Below, one piece after another: positions 61,364 to 64,000 of a DNA stretch of 64,000 bases. The first letter of the stretch is position 1. Each line of letters starts with the position of its first letter. The position numbers and the translations under genes were made by a program. The notes beneath the pieces are model-generated. The model made no database searches. It was not told the origin of the DNA and saw only the letters and a program-made list of their open reading frames with translations. The stretch lies in NCBI GenBank assembly GCA_963702575.1, contig CAVPCU010000008.1, forward strand, positions 16,451-80,450, read 5' to 3'. Source of the stretch: an uncultured Solirubrobacterales bacterium (lineage in GTDB: Bacteria > Actinomycetota > Thermoleophilia > Solirubrobacterales > 70-9).

Positions 61364-61473
61364 CCATCGAGACAAATGGTACTCGCCGGCCAAGCGTGCG
61401 GCCAGGTGCTCCGCTGCTGGTCGTCGCTCGCGTGTCGCCAGGAGTGGCTGACGCGCTCGGGCCGCGACTTCGA

Positions 61474-61998
61474 CTACGGCATCTGGCGCTCGGCCGCCAG
61501 CAGGGTGGCGACGTCCTCGAGGTCGCGATCACGCCCCGACTCTCTCTTCAGGCGGATCAGGTCGTCGAAGCCGACGGCCCGAATCCGCACGCCCTGCACG
61601 ACGGCTTCGACGGCGCGCGGGCGCATCTCCTCGTACGGGCGGCCGCCGGGGATCTCGGCCGGGTCGAAGAGATCGAGGCCGCCCGCGGCCGTGCGCAAGG
61701 TGAAGTTGCCGCCGTTCAGAAAGGCCTCCGGGTCGTGGGGATCGACGTCGAGGAGGTCGGCGTCGACCCCGGAGAGCTTCGCGTCGAGGTCGGCAAGCGC
61801 GGCGGCAAGGCGCCGCATGTTCTCGGCGCTCCACTCGACCAGGACGTCCACGTCGCGGGTATTGCGAACATGGCCGTGGACGTTGACGGCGACGCCGCCG
61901 ATCGTCAGGTACTCGACCCCGTGGAGCTCGAGCGCCTCGAAGATCCGCACCGGGTCCAGCGGGCCGCGATCGAGCTCGGAGGGCAGGTCCTCGAGCAT
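61474..61998 (-). CDS. minimal nucleotidyltransferase-fold protein (174 aa), paralog 3
   Basis: VEYLTIGGVAVNVHGHVRNTRDVDVLV; C-terminal FDDLIRLKRESGRDRDLEDVATL. The ATG at 61998 is preceded by GGAGGGAGGG and lies 2 nt after the upstream TAA. Confidence 0.7.
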   Translation of the reverse strand: MLEDLPSELDRGPLDPVRIFEALELHGVEYLTIGGVAVNVHGHVRNTRDVDVLVEWSAENMRRLAAALADLDAKLSGVDADLLDVDPHDPEAFLNGGNFTLRTAAGGLDLFDPAEIPGGRPYEEMRPRAVEAVVQGVRIRAVGFDDLIRLKRESGRDRDLEDVATLLAAERQMP

Positions 61999-62000
61999 CC

Positions 62001-62384
62001 TTACCCTCCCTCCTCGCGACCGGACAGCGGCCGCAGGGGAGCCCGGGCGAGCCGGTCGCCGAAGCGCATCCACTCGAACAGGCCCTCAAGGCGCTGGGAG
62101 GGAGTCAGGCGAGTCTCGGCAGCGAGGTGGACGGGGTCGGCCCGACTGCCGGAGAGGTCGCGCAGCTCGAGCGCCAGCTCGAAACCGAGCGCCTGCAGGC
62201 AGGCGGCGAAGCGCTCATAGGAGGGCGACTCGTGGCCGTTCTCGATCCGGCTGATCGAGGGCGCGGCGATCCCCGTGCGGATCGCGAGGCGGTGCTGGGA
62301 GACGCCGGCGCGGCGCCGCGCATCGCGCAGGATCTGCCCGAGGACGGGTGGAGTGGCATTGGGGACCACATCCGCTTGAGCCAT
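62001..62384 (-). CDS. XRE-family HTH protein with a C-terminal extension, upstream partner of nucleotidyltransferase paralog 3
   Basis: LGQILRDARRRAGVSQHRLAIRTGIAAPSISRIENGHESPSYERFAACLQALG (HTH_3), then ..RLTPSQRLEGLFEWMRFGDRLA. Confidence 0.8.
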   Translation of the reverse strand: MAQADVVPNATPPVLGQILRDARRRAGVSQHRLAIRTGIAAPSISRIENGHESPSYERFAACLQALGFELALELRDLSGSRADPVHLAAETRLTPSQRLEGLFEWMRFGDRLARAPLRPLSGREEGG

Positions 62385-62409
62385 AGCGGATACGTTAACA
62401 CGCGATGAA

Positions 62410-62814
62410 TCAGCGCAGGAGGTGGACCGCGCAGCCGAAGCCGGACACCTTGGTCGCCTGTGGATCTCCGGTGACGACCAGGTCGACGTCCTCGTGATCC
62501 TCCGCCGTCGCGAGGATCAAAGCGTCCGGCATTCGCAACGATTTGCAGCGAGAGCGAAGAGTTGCGGCCGCGTCCGCGACAGCCATGGTGACCGGCAGGA
62601 TCTCGGCAACAAGCTCGGCAAAGAATCCGCGGACCTGCCGCTCGTCGTGGTGACCAAGGCGGGCGCCGGTGAGAACCTCCGCGTAGGTGACCGCCGAGGC
62701 GAGCAGGCGGCGGTCGGGGGCGAACCTGCGAATCGCGGCGTCCGCGGCGCCGTGCAGCGCGTCATCGCGATCGAGGAAGCCGACGACCGCATCGGAATCG
62801 AGGACTACCGCCAC
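62410..62814 (-). CDS. vapC: PIN-domain toxin VapC
   Basis: VAVVLDSDAVVGFLDRDD...TYAEVL...MPDALILATAEDH..DLVVTGD. Confidence 0.85.
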   Translation of the reverse strand: MAVVLDSDAVVGFLDRDDALHGAADAAIRRFAPDRRLLASAVTYAEVLTGARLGHHDERQVRGFFAELVAEILPVTMAVADAAATLRSRCKSLRMPDALILATAEDHEDVDLVVTGDPQATKVSGFGCAVHLLR

Positions 62815-63044
62815 TCCTCGCGGAGCCCCCCGACCCGCTTGCCCAGTTCACCGCCGGTGTCGATGCAGCCGGAATACCGGTCGAGAAGGTCCCCGAGTCG
62901 GGTCAGCACGACCCGGCCAGCGCCCTCGGCCTCCACCCTGAGAGCGTCGCCGGGCTCGAAGCCAGCGGCGCGGAAGGGACCCACAGGGATCGTCACCTGA
63001 TGCTTGGTGGAGATCCTGGTCTGATTCTTTACCTTTTGCGCCAT
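62805..63044 (-). CDS. vapB: AbrB/SpoVT-family antitoxin (VapB)
   Basis: TRISTKHQVTIPVGPFRAAGFEPGDALRVEAEG. Overlaps vapC by 10 nt. Confidence 0.85.
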   Translation of the reverse strand: MAQKVKNQTRISTKHQVTIPVGPFRAAGFEPGDALRVEAEGAGRVVLTRLGDLLDRYSGCIDTGGELGKRVGGLREEWR

Positions 63045-63087
63045 AGGTAAAGACTAGCAGGACTACGGGTCGCGGTTTGATCCTCGG

Positions 63088-64000
63088 CTAACCGCGGCGA
63101 TGCCGGACCCGGGCCCCCACCAGCCTCACGCTCCGCGCCCGCACCGAGGTCCCGAGCAGCTGGGCGTCGAGGTCCCCGCCCCGGCCAAGGAGCCTCAGCG
63201 CCCTTGCGCTCGTGATCTTCACCGAGACGGTTCCCTGGCTCCTCGGGGCGAGGTCGAAGGAGGCGGTGCCGATCAGGGTGGCCTTGGGGGCATCGCGGTG
63301 AGAGCGGCGGTGCCCGAAGGAGCGGGGGTCCTGCAGGCGGGCAAAGAGCTCCAGGGTCCCCGTGCAACGGGAGCTTCCCGGGCAGAGCAGCCTGATCAGG
63401 GCGCTTTCGTCTTGAACCTGGGCGATGCCCGAGGCGATGGCCGTTCCCTTTTCGAGGGGAGGGGGAGGGGTGACGATCGGCTTGGATGAGAACTTGGCGA
63501 TGATCGTCGTGTCTTCTTCGATCGTGACTTTGCAGGCCCCGGTCCCAGAGCAGCCCCCACCGCTCCAGCCAGAGAAGGAAGAGCCGGCGAGCGGGACCGC
63601 TGCGAAGCTCACCTTTTCCCCTTCGGGATAGGAGGCTGCGCAGGCCGTGTCGTTGCAGGTGATCAGGCCCGAGCCATTGCCTGAGATCTCGACCGTCAGC
63701 GTGAATTCGGGCTTCGGCTTGGATTGGGGGACGAAGCTCGCCGCGAGGGCTTCGTCGCCGTCGATTACGACTTCGCAGGTAGTGGCGGTCGATTCGTCGC
63801 ACTGAGGGGTCTGCCAGCCGGCGAATTCAGATCCCGCTCCTGGGGACTCGGTCAGGGTGACGTGGGTGCCTTCTTCGTATTCGTGTTCGCAGGCAGCACC
63901 GCAGATGATCCCCGCTGGGGAGCTGGTGATCGTGCCGGTTCCGGTTCCGGTCTTTGAGACGGAGAGCTTGAACTTCGGCTTGGCGGCGGGGTTGAACCTG
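63088..64000 (-). CDS. 3' end of another large InlB-B-repeat secreted protein (5' part outside the window), paralog of the 1..8573 gene
   Basis: The stop is at 63088. The C-terminal family module reads ..ALIRLLCPGSSRCTGTLELFARL..TLIGTASFDLAPRSQGTVSVKITS..VRLVGARVRHRRG. The frame stays open to 64000, and the M at 63612 in the track is internal. 63146-64000 matches 1-852. Confidence 0.8.
   Translation of the reverse strand, partial: RFNPAAKPKFKLSVSKTGTGTGTITSSPAGIICGAACEHEYEEGTHVTLTESPGAGSEFAGWQTPQCDESTATTCEVVIDGDEALAASFVPQSKPKPEFTLTVEISGNGSGLITCNDTACAASYPEGEKVSFAAVPLAGSSFSGWSGGGCSGTGACKVTIEEDTTIIAKFSSKPIVTPPPPLEKGTAIASGIAQVQDESALIRLLCPGSSRCTGTLELFARLQDPRSFGHRRSHRDAPKATLIGTASFDLAPRSQGTVSVKITSARALRLLGRGGDLDAQLLGTSVRARSVRLVGARVRHRRG

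Noticed and set aside
1-64000. rRNA, tRNA, tmRNA, riboswitch, prophage or integrative-element signatures
   Set aside because: I found no cloverleaf-like or rRNA-like conserved strings in the few intergenic regions. There are no tyrosine/serine recombinase, capsid, terminase or conjugation genes. The only mobile element is the IS3-family copy. This was a by-eye scan, so small ncRNAs cannot be excluded.

Overview
This is a very GC-rich bacterial chromosomal segment (roughly 70% by eye, not computed). The gene families, GTG/TTG starts, 4-nt start/stop overlaps and near-leaderless promoters look actinobacterial. My guess is a Thermoleophilia/Solirubrobacterales-like organism, which is inference only. 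The window falls into four blocks. (1) 1-17.7 kb, minus strand: a translationally coupled operon for very large secreted proteins. It encodes a 502-aa InlB-B-repeat protein, a 1551-aa NHL/Fn3/PD40 propeller protein, a 943-aa protein of unknown function, and a >2857-aa protein that repeats the 1551-aa core and adds about 15 Cys-containing InlB-B-like domains in 513-bp tandem units. (2) 17.7-29.6 kb: a toxin-antitoxin/ATPase island. It holds two HicB genes with a HicA remnant, two VapBC pairs, a Phd-PIN pair, a tandem TetR, a DUF429 gene, two COG1373-type ATPases, a small-protein plus minimal-nucleotidyltransferase pair, a His-rich InlB-type protein and a frameshifted GH-A-like hydrolase. (3) 29.7-54.0 kb: a polysaccharide locus. 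It holds an O-antigen-ligase-like gene, three sulfotransferases, an ABC exporter, four GT4, two GT2, one GT14, acetyl- and methyltransferases, a Wzz-BY-kinase, AsnB, a WecA-like gene and two epimerases. The 46.7-50.7 kb part carries about 14 frameshifts, all of the same sign. (4) 54.2-64 kb: two more InlB-type secreted proteins, an ATPase, two more partner+nucleotidyltransferase pairs separated by an IS3-family element with a 4-bp target duplication, a VapBC pair, and the 3' end of another giant paralog that matches window positions 1-852. I saw no rRNA, tRNA, CRISPR or phage genes. All domain calls rest on motif recognition by eye; no searches were run.
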